Origin: Penicillus capitatus
Taxonomy: Eukaryota > Plantae > Chlorophyta
DNA length: 64,000 bases
NCBI GenBank assembly: GCA_965649825.1
Contig: OZ287699.1
Coordinates: forward strand, 434,001 to 498,000
Direction of reading: 5' to 3'
Numbering within the stretch: position 1 is the stretch's first letter; every line of letters begins with the position of its first letter. Under the pieces are notes generated by a model, which ran no database searches, had not been told where the DNA came from, and was given only the letters and a program-made list of their open reading frames with translations. This document shows positions 21,614 to 34,174 of the stretch, one piece after another. The position numbers and the translations under genes are program-made.

Positions 21614-24335
21614 CGCTTCCCTGCGCCAATACTTCACTAAGTCGTCGCCATGCACTACTTGGCTTCTTCCATTCTTAGAAACCAAGTATCGTCGGGAGGA
21701 GAGGCGAGCGGTGATGACGTGCGGACCGCTCCACCAGGGATCCAGTTTGCGACGTCCCTTGTGAAGGTAAATCAACACCTCGGATCCGATCTCTAACGGC
21801 ATCTGGCGCCTCCCTTGTCGACGGCTATTTCGATATGCCCTCTGTTGTCGCGTACGAACCACAGCTTGTTGTCGGGCTTTATCCAATGCCATACCCGGAT
21901 TCCCTTCCGACTGTCCCAATCCGAACATAAGCTCTTTCGGCCTATATCCAGTCACGGAATGTTTTGTAGTGTTGTATATACCCACAGCTTCGGAAATCGA
22001 ACGGCGCCAGGGCGAGTTGCTCGTGCTCATCATTCTCCTTATCCTACGTAGAATGGTCTGGATCGCACGTTCCACTAGTCCGTTCGAAGCTTGGTGATGA
22101 GGGGCGGCCATCACATGTCGAATCTGATTTCTGCCACAGAAATTACTGAATTCGCTCGAACGCAGCGCGGCTCCAGCATCTGATATGATCGTTTCCGGAG
22201 TCGAATGTCGATTGATCCAATGTCGAACGAGCTTCATCACGGATCGGATGCTAGTGTCCGGCACAATCACTGTTTCTACGAAACGGGTTAATCCGTCAAT
22301 CGCCACCCCGACGTATCCTCCAGCGCTTCGGCTCTGTGCCGGGAACGGTCCCATAAAATCGATCCCCACGACTTGAGCGGGGCGAATGGCTTCAACGGAA
22401 CCAAATGACTCCTGTGGGACTCGCTTCTGCCACTTCTGGCAAGCATCACAAGACTTGAGAATAGTCCTAATGTCCTTGAACATTCCCTTGTATGACTTCC
22501 CTCGCCGGCGAAGCTCATCCGCGACTGCGGCGGGTCCTACATGGCCTCGGTTGTGTACGTCCTCAATGAACCTTCTGCGCTCTAGTGTCAATGTCGGTAT
22601 CTTTCCCGTCGGAACCTCGGGGGAATCGATTGCGTGTATCCTTCGTTGGAGATAGGTGGATCGTGACAGAAGGTCCGCAGCAGTGTTCTCAACGCCTGGG
22701 ATGAACTTGACACTCGGGTTAAACTGCAAAATCTGATCCAGTCTGCGGAGGACAATCGGGCTGCAATTGTCAGGAGACATGGCGCGAAAGGCTGCCCAGT
22801 TGTCGGTGTACACCTCGACGGGGCAGTGTGCGATGTAGCCCTCAAACGCACGGAGGGCCAGCAAGATAGCGTCGATTTCTGCCTCGCTGGAATGTGCCCA
22901 AGTCTTCGACGAAGACTTGCTGAACATCGCCACAGGTTTGTCATCCGATAAAAGAACAGCCCCATACCCCGTTGAGCTAGCATCAGAAATCACGGTCCAC
23001 TTCCCATTCTTTTGGGGGAAGCTAAGCACATGCCACTCAGTCTGGGTCCTCTCTATTACTTCATTCCACACTCTGCGAAACTCTTCTGTTCTGAAGGCAT
23101 CCGGAGGCTTTCCTTGATACTGTCGCAGCGGGGCGACGATGGCATGCTGATGACCTTGGAATCTGACCAGTTGGTTCAACAGACCAAACACGACCCGCAA
23201 CTCTTTTGTGTTGTTCGGTATACAGAGGTCTGAGAGCTTTTTAATGAGGCCCGAGGATGGTCGGAGGCCGTCGCGCCCGATCTCAATCCCGAGGAACTCG
23301 ACAGCCGGACGTTTTAAACGGATTTTCTGCGGGTTGCAACACCATCCGTGAGCCGATAAGGCCTGAAAAATCACCCCCAACGCAGTATCATGAGATTCCT
23401 CGGTCTGGGTACCCAGTAATATGTCGTCAACATAGGCTCGAATCACTGCATCCGGAGGCAACTTTGGAGCTATTTCGGCCATCGTCATGTTGAGAGCCGT
23501 CGTGAAATGCGTCCCCGAATGAATCCAACCGAACGGTACTCGCTTAAATCTGTACCATTGACCTTGCAGCTCGAAACCGAAATACTGTCGAATTGACTCA
23601 TCGAGAGGTATCTGCATATATCCCTTCGCCAGGTCAATTGTACTCCAAACCTCTCGTTCAGGTACTGATTCGATTGTCTTCATTCTGTCTAAAGCGTTGG
23701 CTTGTAGTGCGAGCGAAGCTGCATTCAATAGACGAAAATCATGGACCAAACGGGACTTCCCGTTTGGGGACGTCACTATGATCATCGGGGTGACAACTGT
23801 TGGCCGGGTCTTGACCGTCTCGATAACGTCTAGGTCAAGGAGATCTCTTACCATCGGTCGCATTTTGTCACACTCTGCTTGCGAATGAAATCTCAGCTTA
23901 AGTCGGCTCCAATCGACATTTTCGCGCAATCCTGCATCTGTGACTGCATAGTGGGTCGTCATCCCGATGCCGTCGCGAAGCACCTCCGGAAACTTCTTCT
24001 GCAGCTCTTCCATGACCGTACAGGTGGCGATAACCGCCCGCTTTGCTGGGCGATTGCGTTCAATGGGAACTATCTCTCCTGACACTCGGTGAAGGAACAC
24101 TGACGTCTCTTGGGGGACTAGAAAGCCGACGGCTCCGTTCTTTGCTCCCAGTTGCTGGGGTTCGCTTGAAAGATTGATGAAATGAACTTTCAAAGGTACC
24201 CCTCGCTGTCTCGTGGCTCCGATGACGGCTATTCCGGCCGGCAGATTTCCGGAACCCGATAGGAGCACTTCTCCGTTCATGACACTATATGGCAACTGGA
24301 CTGTCGTCATGTCCATCGGCTTGAGCACTAACGAT
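21572..24335 (-). CDS. Pol portion of element 2 (RT, RNase H, integrase)
   Basis: RLVHDFRLLN, IDLAKGYMQ, PFGW, YVDD, SDASSTGYG...EIDAI...TDNWA...ADLLSR, HNRGH...CDAC, IDFMG/SDAG/VERA and WSGPH. The stop lies inside the 3' LTR. Confidence 0.95.
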
Positions 24336-25964
24336 TTTTCGTACGACACTTTCGTTTTGCTACGTCAAAACCCTTGCCGAACGAAGGTGCCCGAACACGC
24401 GCTTTACGTATGATGCAGCCCTCCGGTTCGTCGTCCGCAGGCCCTGACACCGCCCCCGACCCAGTGCGCACGGCGGTGGCTCAAGCGGCCCACACGGTCA
24501 GGTACCGCCGCGATCTGCGCCGGACCCCCGAGGTGCTCGAGGCAATGAGCAAGAAGGAGCTTATCCTCGTCAACACCGCTCTACAGGCCTGCCCTACCCA
24601 CATCGCTGCGACCGTGGAACCAGCTACGCTTGTCTCGAAGATTCGCGCCTACCTGGCGGCGCACTCAGAGAAGGACGCAGCCCAGCTGATGCTAGTGCAC
24701 AGACTCGAGAACATGCGCAACCAGCTCCTCCTGGCGCCCGAAGCCCCAGAACTGCCACGATCGGGAGAATCGCACACGTCTGCTCTCTGCCGCACCCGCC
24801 ACTCCGTTCCGCCGAGCCAACTCCTTCGAGCATGCTCAGATGACATCCGCGCCTCCATCAGACAACTCGAGCACATCACAGAGACGCTCGATCTCGAAGC
24901 CCTTGAGAAACCGACCATCCAGGCCATCTCCAAGCTACAGGAGGTCCAGAACTGCATGCTGTTCTACCACAGCATCACGGATTGGTCACCGCCCGCCGAC
25001 CACTCCACGCCCCCTGCGCCTGCGGTCAGAGTCCAAGCAGCGACAGAAGCTAGCAGCGCTGCCCCCAGATCGTATCGGGAGGCCGCCCGAAAGACCCTGC
25101 CCACGAAGACCCCTGAACAGCAGCAACGGAACGCCCATGCAAGAGAACTGAGGAAGAAAACTCAGGAGCTCAAAGCGCAGATCAGATGCGATGAACGCAG
25201 CTTTCAGCTGTGTCCAGTGAAACTGCAGGGAGATCGACCGTCGTTCCGCCAGCTCGGCATCAGTCTGGAGCGAAAGCTCCAGATCAGGAATCTCAAGGAA
25301 TACGTGGAAGACATCCGCACAGATCACGGAGGCCGCTACTACGTGCAAATCCGTGCTGACCTGCGAGAGTCCTTCGAGAAATCACTTGATCGCTGCCTGG
25401 AATGCGCCGGTGACACTTGGGATCTGGAACTGGACGACCTGGGTACCTTTACTGTCAACAATCCGTATCTCTCGCCCACCAAAGACAAGGTCCCAGTGGT
25501 CATCAGCAACGTAGACCTGGACATTGACCCGGATGATGCCATCACTGCCATTGCGGAACAGAATGCTTCCCGTTGGAAAATTCCGGCGGATGAACTGGAA
25601 GGAAAGCACCTCGCAGCTCCACACCGATTGAATCGCCGCAAACGCGATCCGGCCGGACAGCCCCTCCCGGAATGGACACCCAGCAGGAACGTGAAGGTCT
25701 TCGTGTCGAAGACCCTCTTCGAGCTACTGAAGGATCCCAAGACCGCGTTCGCTACGCTAGACTACATGGTACTACCAATCCGTTCATTTACACGGCCTCC
25801 CAGGTCCCATCAAAGAGTTCCCTGAATCTCACTACAGTTCATTTCATGCATGCTTCTGCTCTGGTCTTGCTCTGCATCGCCTAAACTTGGTTTAAGACCT
25901 CTCCTCTGATGTTTAACTTGAAAAGGGGATGTAAGAAGCGCCAATTTTATTATTATTATTATTA
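24336..25964 (+). mobile_element. Non-autonomous LINE-like element (ORF1 only) inserted antisense into element 2
   Basis: 13-15 bp TSD (TT)GAGCACTAACGAT at 24321-24335 and 25965-25979, an (ATT)n 3' tail, a single long ORF, and no APE or RT. Confidence 0.88.
24410..25825 (+). CDS. Non-LTR retrotransposon ORF1 (Gag-like nucleic-acid-binding protein), apparently truncated before the zinc knuckles
   Basis: Helical/coiled N-half, then VPVVISNVDLDIDPDDAITAI...HRLNRR...WTPSRNVKVF...LDYMVLPIRSFTRPPR. This pattern usually precedes CCHC knuckles in I/Jockey/R1-type ORF1. Confidence 0.65.
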   Translation: MMQPSGSSSAGPDTAPDPVRTAVAQAAHTVRYRRDLRRTPEVLEAMSKKELILVNTALQACPTHIAATVEPATLVSKIRAYLAAHSEKDAAQLMLVHRLENMRNQLLLAPEAPELPRSGESHTSALCRTRHSVPPSQLLRACSDDIRASIRQLEHITETLDLEALEKPTIQAISKLQEVQNCMLFYHSITDWSPPADHSTPPAPAVRVQAATEASSAAPRSYREAARKTLPTKTPEQQQRNAHARELRKKTQELKAQIRCDERSFQLCPVKLQGDRPSFRQLGISLERKLQIRNLKEYVEDIRTDHGGRYYVQIRADLRESFEKSLDRCLECAGDTWDLELDDLGTFTVNNPYLSPTKDKVPVVISNVDLDIDPDDAITAIAEQNASRWKIPADELEGKHLAAPHRLNRRKRDPAGQPLPEWTPSRNVKVFVSKTLFELLKDPKTAFATLDYMVLPIRSFTRPPRSHQRVP

Positions 25965-25979
25965 TTGAGCACTAACGAT

Positions 25980-27727
25980 CGGCCGAGGGGTAAGAAAACA
26001 GCGTTCTCCCGTCGGAATGGCTTTGCCGTCCTAGTCTCATCTTCCCGTATCACCAGATCATTTTTGTCAGGTCGTCTTTGTCGATCTTCGGATTCCACGT
26101 CGACTTGACTCTTAACCGCAGAGCATGGAATAAGTTCCCCATTCTCAATGCGTAATGCATCGGATACACAGTCAATGATGGCACCAAATGCAGTGAGAGT
26201 TGGTTTCCCAATCAAAGGCTGCGATGCTGAGGATGAGACTTCAAATTGCACCTTTCTAGTCTCACGGCCGATCGTAGTCCATAAGTCCGTCACACCCGAT
26301 GTCCTCTCCACTTGACCATTGAAGGCTTGGAGAGACTTTGCTCCGGAGGGATCGACGGGCCACCCTTGCTTTCGAACCAAGCGCAAAGGTATCACACTGC
26401 GAGCAGCGCCAGTATCGACCAGCATCCGCGTCTTCCTTTGAGTATCCCGGGTTTGACCAAGATTGACGGTGAGATGCAAGAGTGGGAGCCCCTCTTCAAC
26501 GGCAGAACTCTTCATCGTCGCCGCATTAGTCGCCGTATGCGTCGAAGGCATGGTATACTCAGAACCACTCTTCTCCTTACAATCGCGTTTACGATGTCCG
26601 TATTTTCCGCATCTAAAACAATGTCCGTGAAACTGCTTTGCTTTGCCGGCAGTATCGTCCATCTTCTTCGTCATGTTCACAACTTCGCCCTCGCGTTCTT
26701 CATACGCTGGATCTTCGGGATCGACCAGATCTGCGTTGTACGGATCGACCACGGAATCTTCCTCCTGTCCGATGTGCCCGATGTGATGCCTGTGACCTGA
26801 TCTTGGTCTCTTCACATTACTCCACGTGTGGTATCGAGTCGCTAAGGCTTGTAGTTCTTCGAAATCGAGGAGATTGTAATCCGCGTTGTTCCTGAGGTAG
26901 CTTACAAACTCTGGTTCGAGCTTCGCCATCACCACATTCATGGCGCGCCTCATGCTCACTCCTTCACACTGTCCGAAATAGACGACTCTGCAACGGTTGA
27001 CAAAGGCCAAGGCCGATTCGGTCTCCCCGCGGCGCAACTCAACCAAGTATTGCACGCGGTCTGGCACGTCCTCCACTCCCCCATGCAGACGCTCCAAGCG
27101 CGCGGCTACAGCCTTCCACATCTCCTCACCGCGCGATGCAACGTCAGCTCTTGCTCCCTTTGTGTTAGGAGGTAAGGGGCCACCTCCTGTATATGCCACA
27201 CAGACCGAACGAATATCGGCGGTCACTGAGTCGCCGAATGGCGTCGTCTCATCGAAATGCGCTGTCAAGGCTCTAACCCGTTGAAATGGGTCCACTATCT
27301 CAAATTCCAGCTTCGCGATAGTCTGCCGATGTGTTCGGACTGTCCATTCGCTCAATCGTCGGTTCCTACCGACGCGGCGCTCTGAATCATAAGGCCATGG
27401 CTGCGATAGTGCAAGCGCGACTCCGTCTTCACGATTACAGGTCGCCGGCTCGAAAGATAAATCTTTCCGTCTCCATCTCCATATAACAAGCAGTGCGCCT
27501 CCGATGGAGAGGATAGTCATAACCGTCAAAGCGCTAAACACCCAAAGCAGCCATTTTGCGTTCGCCCAACGAGACGACATAAATTCTTCGTCCTCATCGA
27601 CCGGGCAGTAGTCTTCGTCGCCGCCTCTAGGACTATCGGCCGGCTCCCAGAGCCAACCGACGAAGAGTCTCCCGAGGGTAGTGGCTACTAGAGTGGCCAC
27701 TACAGTTACAACTCGCTCCGAAACCAT
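25980..27727 (-). CDS. Gag-protease portion of element 2 with N-terminal hydrophobic and TM segments
   Basis: ATG is formed at the LTR/PBS junction. TM-like WLLWVFSALTVMTILSIGGALLVIW followed by RWRRK, gag-like LRRGETESALAFVNRC, CFRCGKYGHRKRDC and LVDTGA. Removing the insert and one TSD rejoins LGRSLVL-KPMDM in frame (about 1503 aa). Confidence 0.92.
27713..27726 (-). promoter_or_regulatory. Primer binding site TGGTTTCGGAGCGA of element 2
   Basis: Immediately follows the 5' LTR on the minus strand; identical to the element 1 PBS. Confidence 0.82.
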
Positions 27728-27875
27728 GTGCTATTTGCACCGCGAACGCGAAAATCGCGGTGAAACACAAAACCCTAGCGAACTTTTTTAAAGGGACGCT
27801 CTGTCGTTTTTCGCGACAATTTATCTTCTATCATTATGTCCCATCCGTCTCTGTCGCGAGCGTCTGTCGCTCACA
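27727..27875 (-). repeat. 5' LTR of element 2
   Basis: Identical to 21465-21613; flanked by TSD GATGC. Confidence 0.97.
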
Positions 27876-28686
27876 GATGCGTTGCAAGAGATGATTGGCG
27901 TGAGGAGCTTTGTATCGATGCTCGATTCTTTTTAGGTTCATTTCTTTCTTCGAAACGCGTACACACTCTAGACAGCCATTGCAAATCACTCCCTATCAGC
28001 TCAAACATAGGAGGCGTCGTGTTGGCCGGATTTATTGGGGTCCCAATGGAATTTGCGGCATGCGCTGTGTCGACGCCGTGGAGAGACGCTCGAACGAAAG
28101 TGTGCAGAGGGATGTGACTAAAGGAAGGTGTACTTTCGACGACAATTTTTTTCGCCGACTGTGCCCGATCGGCAACGATGCCACGTCGATTCAATCAACG
28201 GTATGTCAGATGGTTTTCGGCCTCCGATACGGGCACGTCTTTCACCCCAACCACTTCATCTCTGGAATCATCAATGTCAGTAAAACGCTGAATTCATAAA
28301 AAGCGTACAGACACGATAGCGTACCTTGCAGGCGATGCATAGAGTACGAACAGCATTTGTGCGTACATCAATGTGTTTACCGGAGGAATGAAATCCCTGT
28401 ATTGCGCGACCTGGAGCAATCCAGGCTGTAAAGGATGTGACAGCACGGAAGGGAGAAGATGGGTTACTTACTGCATCATGGTGCATGTACGGTAAGAAGA
28501 AACAGAATCGACGACGCCCTGGACAATGAACATCCAGAATCGTCAATCAACGCCATCGGCATGCCATCCACTCGACACTCAGCCGCCGCTTTTTCTTCCG
28601 TCGCCGCTGTATCGACCATCCCGACATTGTACGAGATCACGTTTTGTAGACGACGACTGTACGCACCGGCGACGGTTGGCCTCTTC

Positions 28687-29604
28687 ATGGAGCTCGATGA
28701 ACGACAGAAGGAAGGAGACGTCCACACGGCGAAGGTCATACTGCTCGGTGACGGCGGAACAGGTGTCGACCCTATCATCCACGAGACGTGTCCCTATCAC
28801 GCGTACAGGAAAAACGACGTTCCTCAGGCGCTTCGTCGTCAAAGACTTTGAACCGACCTACGAGCGTAAGAAGATAGATCGCCTAAGACGCGGCATTAAT
28901 GTCCGAGTGTATCCGTGTGGGTCTAGCAACGATTGGCGTCCACGTCACGCCAATCACCTTCGACACGTCCGTTGGCCAACGGTTACGCTTTGACTGCTGG
29001 GATTCTAGTGGACAAGAACGACTTGGAACAAACAGAGATGCCTACTATCGCGAAGCGATCTACGCGATACTCTTTTTCGATGTTCAGTCCAGACTGACCT
29101 ACAAGAATTGCCCTGCATGGTATCGTGATGCCAAGCGGTTCAGTCAATTCTATCCAAGCACATTTCTGATCTGACTATGTCGTGCCTAGAGTCGAGAGTG
29201 ATGTTGAAATTGTCTTGGTCGGAAACAAAGTCGATGTATCTCAGCGTCAAGTGAAGGCCAAACAAGTCGCCTTTCACAGGTAAGATCGAGACGTGAGAAA
29301 GGGCCCGTCTGAGAGGCCCCTTCCATGAAGGAAAGTAGAGATTCCGTACATAGAAATGTCTGCCAAGAGCAACTACAATGTGTACAAGCCCTTTCAGCAT
29401 TTTGCAAAGAGTTGGCTAAAGTACTGAATGAACATTCATGAACCATCGGGCGACACAGATGCTGACAGGGACGAGAGTGTGGAGCTCTGCGAAGGAACAG
29501 CACTGGTGGAGCCCGATATCGAAATAGATGTTCAGATGTTGAGGAAGGAGGGAGAGGATCGCGAGGGTCGCTCCTCTGGCGAGATGCCCGATGTCAGCAC
29601 CTAG
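28687..29604 (+). CDS. Divergent Ran-like small GTPase, multi-exon
   Basis: [72 protein letters not shown] and [14 protein letters not shown], which is Ran-type architecture. Confidence 0.85.
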
Positions 29605-30711
29605 AAGGAATTTTTGAAGGATACTACAGTTGCTGTTTCGTTATGCCTCGAGGCCATTTGATCGTAGAGCATCTATGACGTGAGGATTCCTTCAATCTAA
29701 AAGAGGTCAAACATGACAACAACATTGAAAGCAATTGGTCTGCTTCGCCCGTCGTGGAATCGGAAGTGACATCAACCGAGCGTCCTTTTGAATGCCTAGC
29801 CGCGCTTAGACGCTGGAGCGCCGGTTATGTAACCGGCGTGTATGCCTCCGCATCATCCATTTGCGTTTCGTACTTTAAATTCAAGCGGTTGACAGACAAG
29901 ACAGACGAGGCTGCTCGCCAGCGACGATGGAAGCGGCCGATTCGCCAACGATGCAGCGAACGGAGGCGATAATGACGACGCTCGGAGATCGAACCTCCTC
30001 TAGGTTTCTCGAATCACTGGACAGGATTCTTCGTACGATAGATTGGCCCCGAATCATCAAGGTCACCGAGGCAGTACTTAAACTAAACGTTCGATTCGTT
30101 TCGATGTTTGGACCTTTTTGCTGAGACGCATATACTTTCTTCACGTCGTTGATTCGGACCGTCGCTGTCGTGAAGCGGACCTACCATCCAGAGGCTGAGT
30201 CTATAGAGGCGTCGCGCAACCTTCTTCAGCAACATCGTCGCGCGAGTAAGGGCAAACGCAATCCTCCACCACACCATACGAGTGGGTAGGAAACACCGCG
30301 TCCAACAGATAGCAGTCTGCTGCCCTCTGTGCTGTTGGTGTTTAACGTGGCTGTCTGCGTTCTTCGATGCCTCTTCACCACGCGTTGCTAGGCCTGTCTT
30401 GTCCGTTTTGCGCGTGGTCGAAGCATGACAGCCTGTCGTCTATTTAACGAACCGTCAAATTCCTGCTTCACGTCCGACTCAGGGTTCTTCGCGTTTTACT
30501 ATTCAATACATCCACTCGCGGGCTTTGTTTTCTTTTCGTGCTCCAACGCCTCGTTTATTTTTCGAGATGTCTTCAAGCAGCGACGCGGGTTCTAGGTACA
30601 CGTCTTGTCCTGTGTCTTGTTTACGTGGATGCGCTTTTTTGGTACGACGTTCGCGTGTGTAGGCGTGTTTCGGAGTCTACTGCAAGCAGCATATCCGACG
30701 AATTCTTCATC

Positions 30712-32410
30712 ATGTCAGAAATCACAGTAGAGGGCGATGGGCAACTTAAGACACCAAAAGCTTCAGGGAGTCAAGAAACATGCGAAGACAAGTGAAATGG
30801 CGTAAGATCGTAGACGCGTAGTGCATATGCTGTCTGCGTAGGTCAATTACTCGGACGAACTCGGAACAAGGTGACAGCGATGGCGACGCCGTTACACGAG
30901 TAAGCTTGACAGCCAACGAAACCCTTTTGCCAACAACACTGTTTAGCAAACTCGCACGCTGTTGTCTCGAATTGATGACTTCCGACAAAGCTATAACAGA
31001 GTAAGGCCGGAGATGTACTGGGCTGTGTCCAGTCGTCTGTGCATCTGTTTTAGACACATGGGCAAGTTTGTGAGTTCTTTGAACGTGCCCGCGTCGTTCA
31101 GAAACTCGGCCTGTTGGATCCTACTCAGGCAGCACAGCTGGTTGCGTTGTCTGGCGACGAAGCGGACGAAGATGATTGTAACTCTCAAATTGATTGCAAC
31201 TATGCTGACGGTCAGAAGACGACCGGGATGAAGAGGAAATTGCGAAAGTGGCGTAAAGTGATGCGTTCGGCATTGGTTGAAATCTGCCCAGATCTTCCAC
31301 TTGACAGTCAGCCAGACATCGTATGGCAATATCACACAGGCCACCCACCCGCCTCTCATGACGATCGATTTTGATGTAGAATCCTGGGTTGATGAAGTAC
31401 ATCCTAGATGAGGTGAGAAATCTAAAATCTCAGCTCGCCTTTCAACACAGCAACATTATGCAGCTTGCTCATAAGACAGAGGTGTACAGAGTAGGTCACG
31501 CGTTTTCCTGTCGCTTTCTCACACAGTGCTGTTCGTGTCCTTGCAGTTAGACAGTGAACAGAAAGAACAGTTTATTGCGGATCTTTTGCAAAACTGCAAA
31601 GGCATACGTTTGGATACGGTGGGACAAATGGGTCTGAAAGACCTTTCGGGGGAAGCAGCGGCAGGTTTTGCCGCGGCGAGTTCGAAGGAACCCCAGATGC
31701 CATTGCCGGAATCGGTGGACGATATTCAGGTAAGAAAGACAGACAGACATGTCCGTGTCTAACACGCATCTCTCTACCTACAGTTTGGTCAGTCGAAGGA
31801 ACTGATTACCTCGCTCAAACTGGATCAGAGTGCAATGCCATGCGTCGATGCAGAACAGTTGGTGGTCGAGCCCCTAGATTTTGCGAGTGCTCAGAAGCAA
31901 CTGCAACTGCAAGACAGACAGACTCATATGTCGGCGAGAAACACGATGAACAAAGAGGGTCGGTGCCTCGGCGTTTGTTTTTCGTTCTCTCTCATGTCTC
32001 TTTGTTTAGGCGACTCTCATGCTGCGTCGTTTCTTGACGGTGTGAATTCGATGCGTCAGAGAGATTTGCTCGCTCTGGATCTCCAATCTCGCTTAGCATC
32101 ACACGAGTATTCAGCTCCGGATCGCCAAGTCGCGTCTACATCAACATTTTCCGGCACCAATCCCGTCGCAATCGCATCGTCTGTGAGTTCCTGTTCAACT
32201 CTCAACAGCAGCGACTGACCGGTGAGTGTGTTCTGGATTTAGCGACCTGTAGGGGTCAGGGCTCCTAAGCGACGTCAATTTTTTATGAATTTGGGAGGTA
32301 GTTTGACAATCGCTGTCTTGGGAGGTTTAGCACTTAACAACTCCCTGCAGAGAAAAGGGCAACGTTAATCGAGTCTCTGCAAATGTATGATCATACGCGC
32401 GGGTACGTCT
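30712..32410 (+). CDS. Hypothetical multi-exon protein, family not recognised
   Basis: A series of short open exons bounded by GT/AG (MSEITVEGDG..., ...KRKLRKWRK, PDIVWQYHTGHPP, LDSEQKEQFIADLLQNC...). The structure is tentative. Confidence 0.4.
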
Positions 32411-33147
32411 AGGCAAGAGGTTTACTTTGATATTTTGGTCGTTACCTCAAAGGTGGTAGTTTTCCAATGGTCTTCTTTAGCTCGATTCTTTATATGATGT
32501 GGGGGATATCTAATTACTGTTGAACTGCACGCTCAGCACCGTTTCACAATAAGACCTCATTATCAATTCTCGTTTCGGTCAAGCAGTTCATTTTTAGTTG
32601 ATGGGAATCGAGATATGATACAGCAGAAGCAGCAGCGCGATGTATATACGCGACCACTTAGGTGCAAAAAGTTGATGTCGATCTCCTCATCAACAACGGA
32701 CTACTGTTCCTTTCGACGATGTACAAACCCGGATGATAAAGGGACACAAGATACCTACCCCACATGTTTACGTATACATATGAATTCAAGAAGCATGCAC
32801 AGAAGACTTGTTATTTGGAGGGTCTGCTCATTGAGTCGTAGACATCATTATTGGGTGCCATTTTTATTGACAGTTTGGGTGGCATTAAGAAACACAAGTC
32901 GAATATCCCACGTGGCACCAGAGGGCAAGAGGCAGTCTTGGATCGGTATTATTTGGCAGTTTCAGTTGTCGCATGTTCGCCATGACTGTGGTCGAATCTT
33001 CGATGGACTTCTTAATTCGGGGGTCACTGTGCGTTGAGTTTTTTTCTCTGTCCCACGCAGACAGTGTTTATGAGCTTGTTTATACTGTCTGTCAGAATTG
33101 ATTCAACGCAGTGGGAACTGATGATGATCTTGATGTCAGTCAGGTCG

Positions 33148-34151
33148 ATGCGTTTCATCTCGTATGATTCGTCGTGTAACGTGCGCATGTGGCGGATAAG
33201 CTTCGGACGTTGTGCATCGCAGACGACGACGACGTCCTTCAAACCTATTAGCCACCGCCACCGCGGCCGAGACACAGCAACGCATCGCGTCCAGAGCAGC
33301 TTCATCGATGGTGTCCGAAAGTTCTTCGACGACATCGCCTTCGAAAACTGGGCACCGAGATCCTCACGCATGTGGCGGTTGAATCTTCCACCCCGAGAAT
33401 CGAAGAACGTCGAAACAACGTCGAATGACGAAGACAAAGGTGAGAACGGTCCATACACGACGAACAGACACCATCCATCGATCGCCATAGTGAAACTGTG
33501 GGAGTCCCTCGAACAGGACGTCGCTCAATCGCAGAAAAACGACACCCTAGTCGCAGATGTCGGCCCTATGGGCGACGAAGAAGAAGAGAAACAGACAATG
33601 TCGTTTACGGACTCCTCGGACAACGATCTGAAAGAGGCGCTCGATGAACGCATCCTCGAAATCGCGGACACAGATGAAGATCGACTGCCTCAGATACCGC
33701 TCACAGGCAGTGAACTCAGAAATCTGATCTTCTCCAAATACAGACGCACCTATGACATCTCTTTCGCACGGAGAGATCTGTGGGGCAAGACACATGTCAT
33801 CCGCCCTCTCGTGTTATCGTCGATTTCTTGACGCGGATGAGGTGATGTAGGTGTCGCTGAATATTATGTGGAATTACTTGGAGCAGTCATCTTTCCCGTT
33901 GACGGAGGGTCAGTTGATGGACAAATACGATCGGTATGCTGTTTATCTGAATTCCTGGGAACAGGCAAATGAAGTGCGTGCGAGGCTGGGAGGATACATT
34001 GTGTGAAGATGCTTCCTAGGTGCGTGCGTTTCTCGTGGCGCCGAGAAAAGCGAAAAGTGGATTGCCGTCGAGGCCCATCATGGGCATCGCCGTGAGTTTT
34101 CAATTGAATCTTCCGCAGCATGTTATTTCGGAATGGTTTGACAAAATTTGA
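33148..34151 (+). CDS. DUF3067 family protein with probable plastid transit peptide
   Basis: GSELRNLIFSKYRRTYDISF...SLNIMWNYLEQSSFPLTEGQ...WEQANE...RPIMGIAVSFQL matches the DUF3067 pattern (LNVMWKY.EQ.SFPLTE; RP..GKAVSI). The N-terminus is Ser/Thr/Arg-rich. Start approximate. Confidence 0.8.
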
Positions 34152-34174
34152 AAGGGACCGTATTCTTTTGTACA

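Larger units (their letters stand above)
21465..27875 (-). mobile_element. Full-length Ty3/gypsy LTR retrotransposon (element 2) interrupted by a non-LTR insertion
   Basis: Identical 149-bp LTRs at 21465-21613 and 27727-27875, TSD GATGC on both sides, PBS at 27713-27726, purine-rich GCAGGGAAGCG before the 3' LTR, and order Gag-PR-RT-RH-IN. Confidence 0.97.

Noticed and set aside
25913-25979. Poly-Asn C-terminus of the 604-aa Gag-PR ORF as a real protein feature
   Set aside because: It is the reverse complement of the inserted element's (ATT)n tail; the true frame resumes at 24335.
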